DNA from: Octopus vulgaris
Taxonomy: Eukaryota
DNA length: 64,000 nt
Assembly: GCA_951406725.2 (NCBI GenBank)
Contig: OX597817.1
Span: 145,204,001-145,268,000, forward strand
Direction: 5' to 3'
Below the pieces are notes generated by a model. That model saw only the letters and a program-made list of their open reading frames with translations. It had not been told where the DNA came from and searched no databases. Of this stretch, positions 12,471-27,137 are shown in pieces (positions within the stretch are counted from its first letter, which is position 1; each line of letters begins with the position of its first letter). The translations under genes and the position numbers were made by a program.

Positions 12471-13931
12471 ATGTGCTCGTGCACCGGGTTATATATGTAT
12501 GTGTGTGTGTACGCGCACACATCTGTATGTGTATATGTATGTATGTGTGTGTATCTCGCATATATATATATATGCACACCACCCATGTACCTTAAGCCAA
12601 AAGCAATCATCTCTCTCTCTCCCCTCTCTTTCCTTTTTTTTAATCTTTTTTTTTTTACATTTTTCATTTTTATTTCAGTGATGAAGTCTAGTTGTATTAT
12701 TCTGTCTGATTATCTTGACTATCACATATCTACAATCTTGCTTGTTTTCATGGCACCCTTCTGTGTTCTAGTTCTCAACCAGAACTCAGCCCCTTTCCTC
12801 ACCCTTCCACCACCATCCTCTCTCTCTCACTCTACACCACAACCACCACCACACCTACACCCTCAACTCTATGCTAAGTTTGCCAATATTCAGGGGATGG
12901 GGGGTGTAGCAGGTGAGAGGCTGTTCCTTGTCATATATTATGTGAGGGAAGAAGTAAAAGAGGGTCCTTTCATACATCATCACCATCAGTCACCTCTACC
13001 CACCACCACCACCATCACTGCCATCACCACCGCCACCATCATGTTCACAAACCTTACAAACCCTTGTTGATATGTTTACAATGGCACCTAAACTTTAAAA
13101 AGAAGGTAAGTCTAGAATTAATTATAGATTAGCTGTTTGTTGTTGGTTGGCCAAGGGAGCAAGTCCTTGCCTTACTTGTTGGTACAGACTTTTGAGGGGT
13201 TTTTGCTTGTTTTTTTAATTTACTGGGGTTTGTTTACTTATTTCTCTACACCATCTGGAATTAATTGTGTAAGACAGAGCTAACGAGGAGAGAGCCTCTA
13301 CATGGCTGTTTAATCAACCTTGTTGAAATAGCAGCTGAATCTCCCCTAAATAACACCTTACTGATTTTAAATAAGGAAAAGGACATATTAGATCATGTTG
13401 TCCTACTATAGCTTTAAAGAAAGACTGGATGGTCATGGCTGGAACAATTTTGGTCTGGGTGTGAGAGTGGGAAGAGGTTAAGCAGCTACGACAGTCCTGT
13501 AAATAATACCAACACAAACTAACAACCAAAAGCTTGTTTGTGTGTGTGTTTTCCCTCTTTCTCAAGAGTGAACACATATACATTCATATACCTACACACA
13601 CACACATCCATGTATGTGTACCCAAACTACGTTCCCATTTGAAACTAGAGACACTGCTTTATGTAACAAAATTTTTTCCATATTAAATAAACACATCTCT
13701 TTACCAAAGAATGTTTACATTCTCCAAAACATTTCTTTAACGTCAAACCAAGGTCTCTTCAGTCTTAAAAGCATTTTTGTCGTTACTGTCAAACCATATC
13801 ATTACCCTTAACATATATTTCTATATTCAAAAATATCTCCACCATTGTGTATGTTTTACTGTCAATTAATAACAACCATAAATGTGTGTGTGTGTTATTA
13901 TCAAACAAATGATAATTATTATCAAACATAT

Positions 13932-14340
13932 GCGCAGGAGTGGCTGTGTGGTAAGTAGCTTGTTTACCAACCACATGGTTCCAGGTTCAGTCCCACTGCG
14001 TGGCACCTTGGGCAAGTGTCTTCTACTATAGCCTCGGGCCGACCAAGGCCTTGTGAGTGGATTTGGTAGACGGAAACTGGAAGAAGCCCGTCGTATATAT
14101 GTATATATATATACGCATGTGTGTGTGTTTGTGTGTCTGTGTCTGTACCCCTAGCATTGCTTGACAACCGATGCTGGTGTGTTTATGTCCCCGTCACTTA
14201 GCGGTTTCAGCAAAAAAAGACTGATAGAATAAGTACTGGGCTTACAAAGAATAAGTCCCGGAGTCGAGTTGCTCGATTAAAGGCGGTGCTCCAGCATGGC
14301 CGCAGTCAAATGACTGAAACAAGTAAAAGAGTAAAAGAGT
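13932..14340 (+). mobile_element. SINE family A, full length (tRNA-derived, CORE-like, internal microsatellite)
   Basis: A-box-like TGGCTGTGTGG, B-box-like GGTTCAGTCCC, CCTTGGGCAAGT core, (TA/TG)n middle and tandem GTAAAAGA tail. More than 15 homologous copies in the window. Confidence 0.88.
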
Positions 14341-14696
14341 AATAAATGTTGTAATAAACGTGTGCATGTATTATTACCATCAAACAAATGATAAATAACA
14401 TAGATGTATGTTTGTCAAACAAATGATATTGAAGACAAGTCTCGACTGTTGAATGATGTATGTTACTACCATCAAACCAGCTGATTTACCATCAAACCGG
14501 CTTCATATCAAACAACTGTCATTGCCCTTTTTCTATTGTAAAATGTTATTTGCATGTTCTTGCGACCTACTCAGGATCCTCTCTGCAACTGAATTAGAAA
14601 ACAAGCATACAAAAATGTATTTGTGTGTGTGTGTGTGTGTGTGTGTGCACGCGCACACACAAACACATCCCTCATTCAGACCAACATACAACTGCT

Positions 14697-15090
14697 CTCT
14701 CTTTTACTTGTTTCAGTCATTTGACTCTGGCCATGCTGGGGCACTGCCTTTAGTCGAGGAAATCGACCCCGGGACTTATTCTTTGGAAGCCTAGTACTTA
14801 TTCTATCGCTCTCTTTTTGCCGAACTGCTAAGTTACAGGGATGTAAACACACCAGCATCGGTTGTCATGCAATTTGGGGGGAGGGGGACAAATACACACA
14901 CATACACACACACACACACATATATACGACAGGCTTTTTTCAGTTTCCGTTTACCAAATCCACTCACAAGGCTTTGGTCAGCCTGAGGCTATAGTAGAAG
15001 ACACTTGCCCAAGGTGCCACGCAGTGGGACTGAACCCGGAACCATGTGGTTGGTAAGCAAGCTACTTACCACACAGCCACTCCTGCGCCT
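14697..15090 (-). mobile_element. SINE family A, full length
   Basis: Reverse complement of 13932-14340. Confidence 0.88.
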
Positions 15091-15328
15091 ACATGCATAT
15101 TATTAGGAGAGCAAACATAAATTATTGTGGCCATGCTGGATCATTGCCTTGAAAAGTTGGCCCAAGTAAACCAGTGATTGACTCATTGAAAATCTGTAAC
15201 TAATGATGACACTAGTGTTCACCAAATGTAGTATAAATTGCTGAATGGTTGCTATATCCCCAGCCATATGAGTGGATTTAGTAGACAGAAACTGAAAGAA
15301 GCTCATTGTATATGTATATATGTGTATA

Positions 15329-15562
15329 AGGCGGCAAGCTGGCAGAAACGTTAGCACGCCGGGCGAAATGCATAGCTGTATTTCGTCTGCCGTTACGTTC
15401 TGAGTTCAAATTCCACCGAGGTCAACTTTGCCTTTCATCCTTTCGGGATCGATAAATTAAGTACCAGTTACACACTGGGGGTCGATGTAATCGACTTAAT
15501 CCATTTGTCTGTCCTTGTTTGTCCTCTCTGTGTTTAGCCCCTTGTGGGTAGTAAAGAAATAG
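15329..15562 (+). mobile_element. SINE family B (tRNA-like head, MetaSINE-like central domain)
   Basis: GGCGGC(A/G)AGCTGGCAGAA head, GAGTTCAAATTCC B-box, and the GCCTTTCATCCTTTCGGG.TCGATAAATTAAGTACCAG domain. Confidence 0.82.
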
Positions 15563-16716
15563 TTATAAATTGCTGAATGGTTACTATAGCACCAGCCATA
15601 TGAGTGGATTTAGTAGACAGAAACTGAAAGAAGCTCTTGTATATGTATATATGTGTATGTACTTTGTGTCTCTTTGCTGTGATATTGTGATAACTGTAAA
15701 TGAGTGCCAATGATATTACAAGCAATACCCCACCACCACCACACACACACACACATTTCCAATTTTCCATGGGAATATGTCCAAGCCTTTGCATGAAGAT
15801 AGGTGAAGGTTGACAGCAGTAAAGCCATCTGGCCGTAGAAAATGTACCTTGATGGATTTTGTATGACCCATGCAAGCACGGAAAAGTGGACATTTAAATG
15901 ATGATGATAATTTAAGATAAAAAAGCTTCAAACTTAGAAGGTGAAATGTGATGTGATGTTGTTCATTATTTACCTAAGAGTATTTGTACTGTTAGTGAAG
16001 GGAAATAGCAGGAACCAGTAGGCCAGGGTCACATATTTGGCCCATGTGGAGTGGACAGTGAAGACCTTTAAAATGTTATCTTGCCAATTTATAGTAGGGA
16101 AAAGACGTTTTACAGGTGTTAATTTATAGTCTTTATCTGTTGTTGTTTAACCCTGAGTCAACCCTGATTGAGCAGGCTTATGGTCACAGGTAGTCAAACT
16201 ATGACCTTCTCTTCTTTTTTTGGGAGAGCAATGTATCAAAGACTACATTATCTAGGTGTCCATTTTTTATGATGGTACAGTGACTTGAGGGCAATCTGGA
16301 TGCTAATTCTAGCAGATCAAATAACTACATAGAGGCGTTGCTGTTTGTTCCTTCCTGCACCATGCTTGGCTCATAAGGGCTGGTTTCCCGGTTTCATTGG
16401 CATATAGGTTCCTCACCCTTGATCGAGAGTCTGCTGCTCTAACCACTTGACCATGTGCTTCCACAACTACATAGAGGTACCTAGTGGTTAAAGACATTCC
16501 AGCTACGACCATCCTGAATTTTTTTTTTTTTAGATTTAAGACTAACACATCTGTTAATATGACAGGATGTAATTTAAGGAAGGTTTGGCTACTATTTTTA
16601 GCTGGTTGAGCAGCCATGCTGAGGGTTTCATTTTTTTTGCTCATAGTTTCTGCTTTAGCATATATGTAGACAAGGTTGTTGTTTAGTTTCCACAGTTAGT
16701 ATGCCGACAATACAGG

Positions 16717-17087
<371 letters not shown>

Positions 17088-17425
17088 GTCTCTGGCTGAT
17101 CCATTCTAGACAAGTATTGTAGGACTGTTACTGGTGCACCATTTCTAGACATTGTTCTTTATTGTTGTTGTTGCTGTTGTTGTTGCTGCTGCATAGTCCA
17201 TGACTTTAGGCCTCTAGACAGAGAGAATGGAAACAAATAAGCTTTTAACATATTTAGTAGTCACTTAGTGCTATCAGACACAGATTAATCTGCTTTTGTC
17301 ATTATCTGGAGATATTCCTGAACTAATACCAAAGAGATTTCAGAGTTTGTTGGTTTATGGTTCCTAGGCAAACAGCTTGGGTTGGAGTGAGCTTGAAAAT
17401 AGTCATTCTAACATACTTTTTGGGT

Positions 17426-17428
<3 letters not shown>

Positions 17429-17484
<56 letters not shown>

Positions 17485-17567
17485 GTCTTTATATATGTAT
17501 GTATGTATGTATGTATATATATATATATATGAATATAATTGTATGTATATATATCTACGCATGTATT

Positions 17568-17612
<45 letters not shown>

Positions 17613-17771
17613 GTATGCATGTACATAAATCTACAAACATACTTATATGTGCATGTGTGTGTATATATACGTATATATATGTGTGTGTGTGTATATACAC
17701 ACACACATAACATACATATATATATATATACACATATATATACACACACACACATAGACTTGTACAGATAC

Positions 17772-17808
<37 letters not shown>

Positions 17809-17846
17809 CATACATACACACATACACATGTACATACATCCATACA
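17429..17846. repeat. Compound (TA)n/(TG)n/(CA)n microsatellite
   Basis: Seen directly in the sequence. Confidence 0.95.
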
Positions 17847-18398
17847 TAATCAGTTGTATAAGAAATATAAGTGAAAGCATCAGCGCACTATGTTCTCGAT
17901 CCAAATCATCTGCTATAGAGATCTCAAGATTATTATATGCTTAGTTCTGTCACATGATATTCCTCCTTCCTACTCACACACACACACACACACACTCTCA
18001 CACTCACATATTTCTCTGTGTGCATATGTATCTGTGGAACAGTACCTCAGTTACTTGCAGGGTATGGAAACTAAATACTGGTATTCCATAAGCTTTTCGC
18101 ATGTGTGATAAGTAGTAAATGTGCTAATTTGCTATAATTACACATACTCATTTACAAATTGTATTATAATTTGAAATTCTATGAGAAACAAAATTAATTT
18201 CTAAATTGAGAGGCAGTGTAACGAGGTATCATAAATCCTATGTCCTTGCCATCTAAAATAGTCTCCTTGATGTCATCATCATCTTCATCATTGTGTGTCT
18301 GCTTTTCCATGCTTGCATGTGTCAAATGGAATCTGTTAAGGCAGGTTTTCCATGGCTGGATACTCTTCCTGTTGCCAACCTTCACCTGTTTCCGAGCA

Positions 18399-18613
18399 CT
18401 CTTTTACTCTTTTACTTGTTTCACTCATTTGACTGCGGCCATGTCAGAGCACCACCTTTAGTTGAACAAATCAATCCCAGGACTTATTCTTTGTAAGCCT
18501 AGTACTTATTCTATCGGTCTCTTGTACCAAACCGCTAAGTTATGGGGATGTAAACACACCAGCATTGGTTGTCAAGCGATGTTGGGGGTACAAACACACA
18601 GACAAGCATATAT

Positions 18614-18646
<33 letters not shown>

Positions 18647-18811
18647 CAACGGGCTTTTTTCAGTTTCCGTCTACCAAATCCACTCACAAGGCTTTGGTTG
18701 GCCCGAGACTCTAGTAGAAGACACTTACCCAAGGTATCACACAGTGGGAATGAACCTGTAACTATGTGGTTGGTAAGCAAGCTACTTACCACACAGCCAC
18801 TCCTGCACCTA
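18399..18811 (-). mobile_element. SINE family A nested in an older (CAT)n-tailed element (18272-18920)
   Basis: The host sequence ...cacctgtttcc resumes as atttccccattgccagacatgttttt after the insert, matching the uninterrupted copies at 35160-35400 and 40716-40970. Confidence 0.8.
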
Positions 18812-19478
18812 CATTTCCCCATTGCCAGACATGTTTTTCATGTAAGACTGGAAACATACAACCTCACTTGTATAACAGGGATGCTCATTTACAACCATCA
18901 CATGATCTCAAGATAACGGTACACATAAATACATACACATACATCTTTTGTTGGCTAGAGGCTATCTCAGAAGACACCTGTTTAAGGTACCAAGCAGTGG
19001 GACTAAACCTGGAACTATGTGGTTGGGAAGCAGATTTCTTACCAAACAGTTATACCTGTGCCTATAAATAATGAAGTTCTTTAAAGAAATATAGACAGGT
19101 GTTATTTTATCAAAACATTTTTTTGAAAACGAAACTTTAATAAACACTTTTCTAATTAATCATCCATACTCTGTAATTGAAAAGAAAAAAAAGAAAAAAC
19201 AAAAATAGTGAAAATTGATATTTGTCCTTTGTTTTTATTTAGAATTTAAAAAAATAAACTGCAACGTAAAAATACTGAGTCAAAATAATAAATGACATAT
19301 ATTGATTTTTAAAACTATTTTTCACCCTCTGTTAGAATTATTAAATTCCAAGAAATATTTATAGTGTATTGAATTATTCTCTTTCAATTGCGACAATGTG
19401 AACTTAAGTGAGTTCTACAATGTAAGATGTAAAGTTTCTAGAAAGTTGTCTGAAAACCTTGTTTAGAATCTAGCATCA

Positions 19479-19862
19479 TGGCTGTGTGGTAAGAAGTTTG
19501 CTTCCTGATCACATTGTTCTGGGTTCAGTCCTTGGGAAAGGTTTTTTTTTTTTACTGTAACCTCAGGTTGACAAAAGCTTTATGAGTGGATTTGGTAGAC
19601 AGAAACCAAAAGAAGCCCAATGGATATATACATATATATATATATATATTTCTGTGTGTGTCTGTGTTTGTCCCCCACTGCACCTTGACAACTGGTGTTA
19701 GTGTGTTGATGCCCCTTAACATAGCAGTTCAGCAAAAGAGACCGACAGAATAAGTACCAGGCTTAAAAGTGAGTAATGGGGTCAATTAATTCGAGTAAAA
19801 CTTCTTCAAGTCAGTACTCTAGCATGGCCACAGTCTAATGGCTGAAACAGGTAAAAGATAAA
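19479..19862 (+). mobile_element. SINE family A, diverged copy
   Basis: Colinear similarity to 13932-14340. Confidence 0.75.
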
Positions 19863-20081
19863 GCTCTTCTTGTTCACTCACATGAAGACATGTATGTGGT
19901 CTAGTGGTTAGAGTATTAGATTGATGATCATATGGTCATGGTTTCAATTCCTGTACCAGGCAGTACATTGAGCAAAGCACTTCTTCACATTTTTCTAGTC
20001 TACTCAGCTGAAAATAAGTACCAGTTGAGTCCTTATGCAGCCCTGTCTCCCTGTAGCTTTCGTATCTTGAATATTCTATGA

Positions 20082-20277
20082 CAGGGGTCCCTAAACTTTT
20101 TAGACCATCAACCCCTTCATGGAATCCTTGACCACCCTCCATTGACCCCCCCCCCCCAGGCATGTACGAGAAAATAAATAAATAAATAATAATAATTAAG
20201 TAGATGTGCATTCATCAATCTCTTAAATAGTCCCATCAACCTCCAGGGGTCAATATCGACCACTTTGGCGACCCCTG
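20082..20277. mobile_element. hAT-type MITE
   Basis: TIRs CAGGGGTCCCTAAA/TTTGGCGACCCCTG with a perfect 8-bp TSD TTCTATGA (20074-20081, 20278-20285). Confidence 0.88.
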
Positions 20278-20601
20278 TTCTATGAGGTCAAAGGAGAGAA
20301 AGCCATGGGGCTGTCCATGTCTGTTTGCAACTACAGAGGTACCTAAAACAATTAACAAAAGCATTGTACATGCTTCCAAGTTTTATTTACTTGCAAGTGA
20401 TGGTTATGGTTTTTGTTTGTTTTGGAGAAAATGTGAATGTCTGAATCCCTTTGTTCCCATTGAACTCTCAGAACAATTGGAAAAATTACTATTTCACTTT
20501 TAGCAAAATATTTCACTTCATAAAATGTTCAGTTGATATGTCACAGGTAATGTCACGCTGGTGGTTTCCAAAAAAACAATGAAACAGTGCTAGACCATCA
20601 A

Positions 20602-20921
20602 TCATCATCATCATCGTTTAACGTCCGTTCTCCATGCTAGCATGGGTTGGACGGTTCGACCAGGGATCTGGGAAGCCAGAAGGCTGCACCAGGCTCCGGT
20701 CTTATCTGGCAATGTTTCTACAGCTGGATGCCCTTCCTAACGCCAACCACTCCGTGAGTGTAGTGGGTGCTTTTTACGTGCCACCTGCACTGGTGCCAGG
20801 CGAGGCTGGCATCGGCCACGGTCGGATTGGTGCATTTTACGTGCCACCGGCACGGAAGCCAGTTGAGGCGGCACTGGCTTCAGCCACAATTCGGATGGTG
20901 CTTTTTACGTGCCACCGACAC
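20602..20921 (-). mobile_element. Repeat family C, three subrepeats
   Basis: Reverse complement of 28920-29110 plus upstream GTGCCGGTGGCACGTAAAAAGCACC units. Confidence 0.82.
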
Positions 20922-21978
20922 TAGAAATTTTAAGAACTTTGTATTAAGTAAACAACAACAACAAAAAAAGTTAAACATAGTTTTCCTTATAATTCCTTAA
21001 TTTTAATTTCAAATTTCTAATCCTGCCAAATATTATAACTAGATGATTATCTCCCTTGTAGTAGCTGTAACCATTTGGGGAATCGCGCGTATTTTATAGT
21101 GTATTCTTTCTGAAACACTAACGTGAATTTTATATTTTCTAAAGGGAAGAAAATGTGAACTTGAACAGGCCTTACATATAATGGCTCCCTACTCATTTAA
21201 TTGTCACTAAGTAATGTTTAATTATCATAATTTTAAATTAAAATTAATAACAAGCCAGAAGCAAAATATTTTGAATTTTTTAATAAATTTTTATTCTATA
21301 ATCTCTTAGCAAATAAATTTTTCAAACCTGACTTCTTTTCTACTTTTTTTTTTTGGCTATATTTCTGAACCAATCTCCCCTCTTTCTCTGTCTCTCTCTC
21401 CTTTTTTATCTTTTCTTTATTTATTTTTTCTTGATGTTAATTGAAAGTAAACTCATGGAGTTGGAAGAATGTAAACTGATACATTGGTAGTAAGATAGGG
21501 TTATTTATTTTTAGTCAAGTGTTTGTTTCTGGGTAGAAATTTCTCTGACCATAATCTAGCATCCGCCCCCTCCAGCCCCACCATCACCCCTTTATCTCTG
21601 AACATCACCCACTTAGCGAACCTTTATATTGCAAATTAATTGCCAACATAGACTAATACTTTGGGTTGTGTGGGTATGTGTGTGTGTATTAAGCTTCTGC
21701 TTCTGGTGCTTAATGTTATGTATTTATACTCCAGATTGTTCTGAGGTAAATAAGGTATTCTGTGTCTGTGTAAATAAGCTATCCAATAACACTGCATCAA
21801 CCTTAAAAGTAAGAAAATCACTAAATAAACGAACGATATATTATATTTCTAATGAAGTGCACTAGAATTGCGCTAGTTAATAGTGAAGAGTGAATGAAGT
21901 CGGTGTTTTTTGGCAAAGGAATTGATGTTTAAGATTTTGATTATCAAAATATTCCACTAGGAACATTCTTCCATGCAT

Positions 21979-22194
21979 TTATCTATCTGTCTATCTATCC
22001 ATCTGTCTATCTATCTATTTATCTATCTATCCACCTGTCTATCTATCTATTTATCTATCTATCCATCTGTCTATCTATCTATTTATCTATCCTTTTATCT
22101 ATCTGTCTATCTATCCATCTGTCTATCTGTCTATTTATCTATCCTTTTATCTATCTGTCTATCTATCCATCCATAAATCTTTTTATCTATCTAT
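21979..22194. repeat. (ATCT)n tetranucleotide microsatellite
   Basis: Seen directly. Complementary (AGAT)n tracts lie at 25040-25200 and 41159-41370. Confidence 0.95.
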
Positions 22195-23629
22195 TCACAT
22201 GCACATACACACACACCTATTTCTGTTGGTAACTAGTATAAATTAGACTACCTCATGAATGTATGTACATATATGTATGTGAGCACATACATGTACACAC
22301 ATATATTCAAACACTCGGATTTATACACACAAGTAGGTTTTATATTAAAGAAAGGTATGTTTTTGTTTTATATAATTTTCTTATATCAACATTTCAATTA
22401 AACCGAGGAAATTGACTTTCTGTTGTTACATTCCTGAGGTAAGGACGTTGGACCAGAAACAAAACAAAAGTACAAAATATCAAACTAAATGACTTTAGTT
22501 ATGGTGCAACTACATTCCAGGTTCAAATCCCATCGGAGTCTCAGGGATCGATAAAATAATTACCACTCTATAACCAGAACTGACACAAATATGTACAGTC
22601 CACCACTTCAGTTTTCCTATTTAGTGTCAATACAGTATGATACTATTTCTCAGTAAGACTCGTTCAGCTCCTTCCTAGCAAACCAGTGTCTCAAATGTAA
22701 CCAACCTGATGTATAGTAATGCTTTATCAATATTCTAGCCATGGCTGTCCTTCCATAGAGTAAGGTTGGTGTTTAAACTTTAAACCATCCATATCCAGCC
22801 AAAATATTCTATGTTTTATGTTCAAAGTGGCCAGATCTAGCCCCTCACACATATATCCTATAACAGTAGTTCCTAAACTTTTCCCTACTCGGGACCCTGG
22901 TGCAGCCGTCTGGCTCACCAGTCTTCAGTCAAACCGTTCAACCCATGCCAGCATGGAAAGCAGACATTAAACAATGACGATGATGATCAATTTTGCCTTT
23001 CATCCTTTCTGGGTCAATAAAAAAAGCTATCAGTTGAGCAATGGAGGTCAATGTATTCAACTTGCTCCTTCCTCTGAAGATCCTGGGTTTGTGCCAAAAT
23101 TTGGAACCATTATTACCTGATGATTAATAATATTTTTCAGCTGCATTTATAATATGTTGAAGTTCCCCTCCCGATCCATGTCTTATTTTGAAACTTATAC
23201 AGGGAAAAATTGCTGGGAGGGGTTTGGCTGTTGAAAGGTTAATTGACTATTTAGAAATTTACATCCTGGTTTTTCGGTAAGTATGGAATTGGTGCCAGTT
23301 GTATACTGCCAGACTTCAAAAGTATGCTTAATTGTCCATTAATAAATTCATCATTCATTCATTAATCATTATCATTTAACATCTAGTTTCCATGCTGACA
23401 TGGGTTAGATGAGTTGACCTGATCTGAGGAGTTGGAGGATGGCATCATACTCCAACGTATATTTTGGCAAGATTCCTATGACTGGATACTCTCCCTAATG
23501 CCAACCACCTTTTAGAATGTACTTGGTGCTCTTTTTCATGGTACCAACAAAAGTATAGGTCACCTCATCTCGTAACTTGTATGGTTAAGGGCCTAAAACA
23601 GTTCCTATAATTAAAGGAGAGCAGAAGAA

Positions 23630-23680
<51 letters not shown>

Positions 23681-23770
23681 GTATGTATGTATATATATAA
23701 TGTATGTATATATATAATGTATGTATGTATGTATATACGTATGTATATATGTATATAGTCTTTTTTTTTT

Positions 23771-24360
23771 TACTCTTTTTACTTGTTTCAGTCATTTGAC
23801 TGCGGCCATGCTGGAGCACCGCCTTTAGTCGAGCAAATTGACCCCGGGACTTATTCTTTGTAAGCCCAGTACTTATTCTATCAGTCTCTTTTGCCGAACT
23901 GCTAAGTGACGGGGATGTAAACACACCACCATCGATTGTTAAGCAATGCTAGGGGGACAAACACAAACACATACACACATATATATATACATATATACGA
24001 CAGGCTTCTTTCAGTTTCCATCTACCAAATCCACTCACAAGGCTTTGGTCGGCCCGGGACTATAGCAGAAGACACTTGCCCAAGATGCCAGGCAGTGGGA
24101 CTGAACCCGGAACCATGTGGTTGGTTAGCAAGCTTCTTACCACACGGCCATATAATGTATGTAGATATATATATATGTATATATAAATATATATGATGGG
24201 CTTCTTTTCAGTTTCCATCTACCAGATCCACTCACAAGGCTTTGGTTGGCCCGAGGCTATAGTAGAAGACACTTGCTCAAGGTGCTACGCAGTGGGACTG
24301 AACCTGGAACCATGTGGTTGGGAAGCAAGCTTCTTTTCTACACGGCCACGCCTACACCTA
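23771..24360 (-). mobile_element. SINE family A full copy (23771-24149) plus a tandem extra head (24194-24360)
   Basis: Reverse-complement similarity to 13932-14340, with the head present twice. Confidence 0.83.
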
Positions 24361-24999
24361 TATGTATACTTTATCATTTATTGAATGGTTGTGCCATTTG
24401 TTTTGTTCATTTAACTTCTTTCAATACAGCTGGCCAGAAGAAATAACAAAACTGAACATTTATCACCCAGGTAAAATCCACAAACAGCCCCTGGCTCTAC
24501 AGTAATCTGTAGCCAGAATATTTTTGACATAGGATGCTTTCATGAAAGAAGAGCAGTGTCCCTGATCTTTGCCCCTTTTCACCTCCAACTATGGATGCTT
24601 AGTTAAGAACATTTAAAGGTCAATGTCCACAGGGAAGGGGTAATGTGAGGAGTGGGGGTGGAGAGGAGGGAATTAAACATAATGGTTGGGTTGTTAATGT
24701 TATTTTGTGGTTTTGTTTACCAGACATTCCTAACAATTTGTTAGCTGATTCAGATGTCATAGTGTGACACACACATTCACACATATTTGTCTATCATGTA
24801 TATATATATATGCGTATAAATATGTGTGCTTATTTGTAATTGTGTATGTGTGCAAATGTATATCTGTGTATGCATGCATGTACATGTCTGAAAATCTATA
24901 CATTTGTGGGTTTGACAGGAGCTGGCCAGGCAGAAGGCTATGCTTATATATGTGTGTATAGATATATTTATGTATGTATGTGTATGTAGATGTAGATAT

Positions 25000-25085
<86 letters not shown>

Positions 25086-25698
25086 TTATGTATGTATATG
25101 TATGTAGATATATATGTGTGTGTGTGTATAGATAGATAGATAAATAGATAGATATATTTATGTATGTATGTGTATATAGAGAGATAGATAGGTGTATGTA
25201 GATATAGATATATTAATGTGTGTGTGTGTGCGCGTTGTGATTTAGTAGATACAGATCACTGAAATAAGTGCTGGTGATGGCCCAATATAGCTAAAAGAAT
25301 ATTCTTATTCAAGATTTGAATTCATAAATCAGGATTTTATAACTCTTACCCTACAATACCACAACTTCTATCCCACAAATTTGCTGTGTCTCCTCCCTCT
25401 GTCTTTTTGTACCACTACTATAATGGCCTCTGCTCTTTTTGATACTGGCTGGGGCTCATTCATGCTCTCATCACTGCATTGCCTTTCATCTTCTCATCAC
25501 CTTATTGTATCATCCCCACAGGTTGTGCTAACTATTTCACCCAGTCCTTCTACCCCCATCTGTTGACCTGATGAAATATCTTCCCTGACCTTTTTTCTTG
25601 CAGTTGCCCAAGAGGAACCTCAGCTATATTGAATTCTTAGATCTCTGAGTGCCAGCAAAAGACTTAGGCACAGTCCCTTCCTCTTGACCCTAAATTTT

Positions 25699-26088
25699 GT
25701 CTTTTACTTGTTTCATTCATTGGACAATGACCATACTGGAGCATTGCTTTGGAGAGTTTAGTCAAACAAACCGACGCTAGTACTTATGTTTTAAGTTTGG
25801 TACTGATGCTATTGGTCTCTGAAACTGAACTGTTCAGTCGAAGGGATGTAAACAAACTAACACCTGTTGTCGAGTGGGGGGAGAGGAAACTAACACAAAC
25901 ACACACGTACATACCTGTACGTCTATGATGGGCTTCTACATATAGTTTCCATCTACCAAATTCTCTCACAATTCATTCCTTAGCCTGAAGTTACAATAGA
26001 AGACACCTTTCCAAGGTGCTGCACTGTGGGACTGAATCCACAACCATGTGGTTACTAGGTGAATGTCTTACCCACACAGCCATGCCTG
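25699..26088 (-). mobile_element. SINE family A, diverged
   Basis: Colinear with 14697-15090 at lower identity. Confidence 0.72.
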
Positions 26089-26283
26089 AGCTGATGTAGT
26101 CAAATAGGAATACTTTGGCTTTTCTTTTCTTTTATTAATTTTTGTAGTAGAACTGTCAATCAAAATTTTGTTGTATTTATGTTTGGAACTCATCTTTGAT
26201 TAATATCGACTGAGTGACAGACATACTTATAACTTATGACACTTTATTTAATGTTTTCAAGGCAAGTCTATTCTTGATATATG

Positions 26284-26316
<33 letters not shown>

Positions 26317-26450
26317 ATTCAGATGAATATCTTTGTTTAAAGACACTGCTTAGTAAGCATCATTCTGTTTATAAACTAATATCTACAAAGATGTGGTCAC
26401 TTCAGCAGATGTAGACAGTAAAGTTCTCTTTACCAAACTGGCCTACATTT

Positions 26451-26695
26451 ATAATAATAATAATAATGAAATTATTGTATACAGTGCTCAGGTGCATCAC
26501 AACTTGTCAAAAGTGTGTATAAAGCATGTGCCTTAATGTACAAATGTCTGGGAAGTGAACAGTGCATGAGTCAGATAGATGCTTGCGTGTGTATGGAGGG
26601 GAGAAAATCAGGTGTAGTGTTGGCGAATCTCAAGAAGCATGGAAGATTTGAAGGATGCAGTGCTCCGACAACTAACAACTGATGCCAGCAGTTTG
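26451..26695 (-). mobile_element. 3' end of the same CR1-group LINE with a (TTA)n tail
   Basis: Reverse complement of ~50609-50837. Confidence 0.85.
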
Positions 26696-26780
26696 AACCA
26701 ATCTCTCTTAATCTACAGACAATTCTATATTTGTTATGGAAACTGAAATCAGATTCACTTGGTTTACTAACTGATACTCA

Positions 26781-26817
<37 letters not shown>

Positions 26818-26859
26818 GCGATATATGTTGACAAGTTCTGATAAGCTCTCCATTTGCTA

Positions 26860-27137
26860 GGAATTTTTTGAACCATCGAAAGCAACTCGGGACAACAGCC
26901 ACCAGGAGTTGATGATGACATCACTCCTGTTTTTTATGCAGTCTCCTGCATTCGGGTTCAAAGCGCTCTACTCCATTCTTACACACAGACTTCCAAGCCT
27001 TTCCAGTTAACTGCCAGAGCCTCCAACCAATTGGGAGGGACACAGCATAAAATGAGAGACTGCTTGATATGATCATGAAAACGAAGTTTTGGGCATCCAT
27101 GAGGCCTACCTCCAGTCCTGATCTCACTGAATAGGAC
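26860..27137 (-). mobile_element. RTE-clade LINE ORF C-terminal relic
   Basis: LFSEIRTGGRPHGCPKLRFHDHIKQSL...LEALA matches the RTE LxGELxxGxRxxGxPKLRxKD pattern. Confidence 0.7.

Noticed and set aside
12429-13070. 213-aa ORF
   Set aside because: It runs through (TG)n, poly-T and (CAC)n simple repeats and has no domain or splice support.
21735-21754. Possible microexon after ccAG at 21734
   Set aside because: The candidate lengths of 11 or 20 nt are not frame-preserving, and there is no other support.
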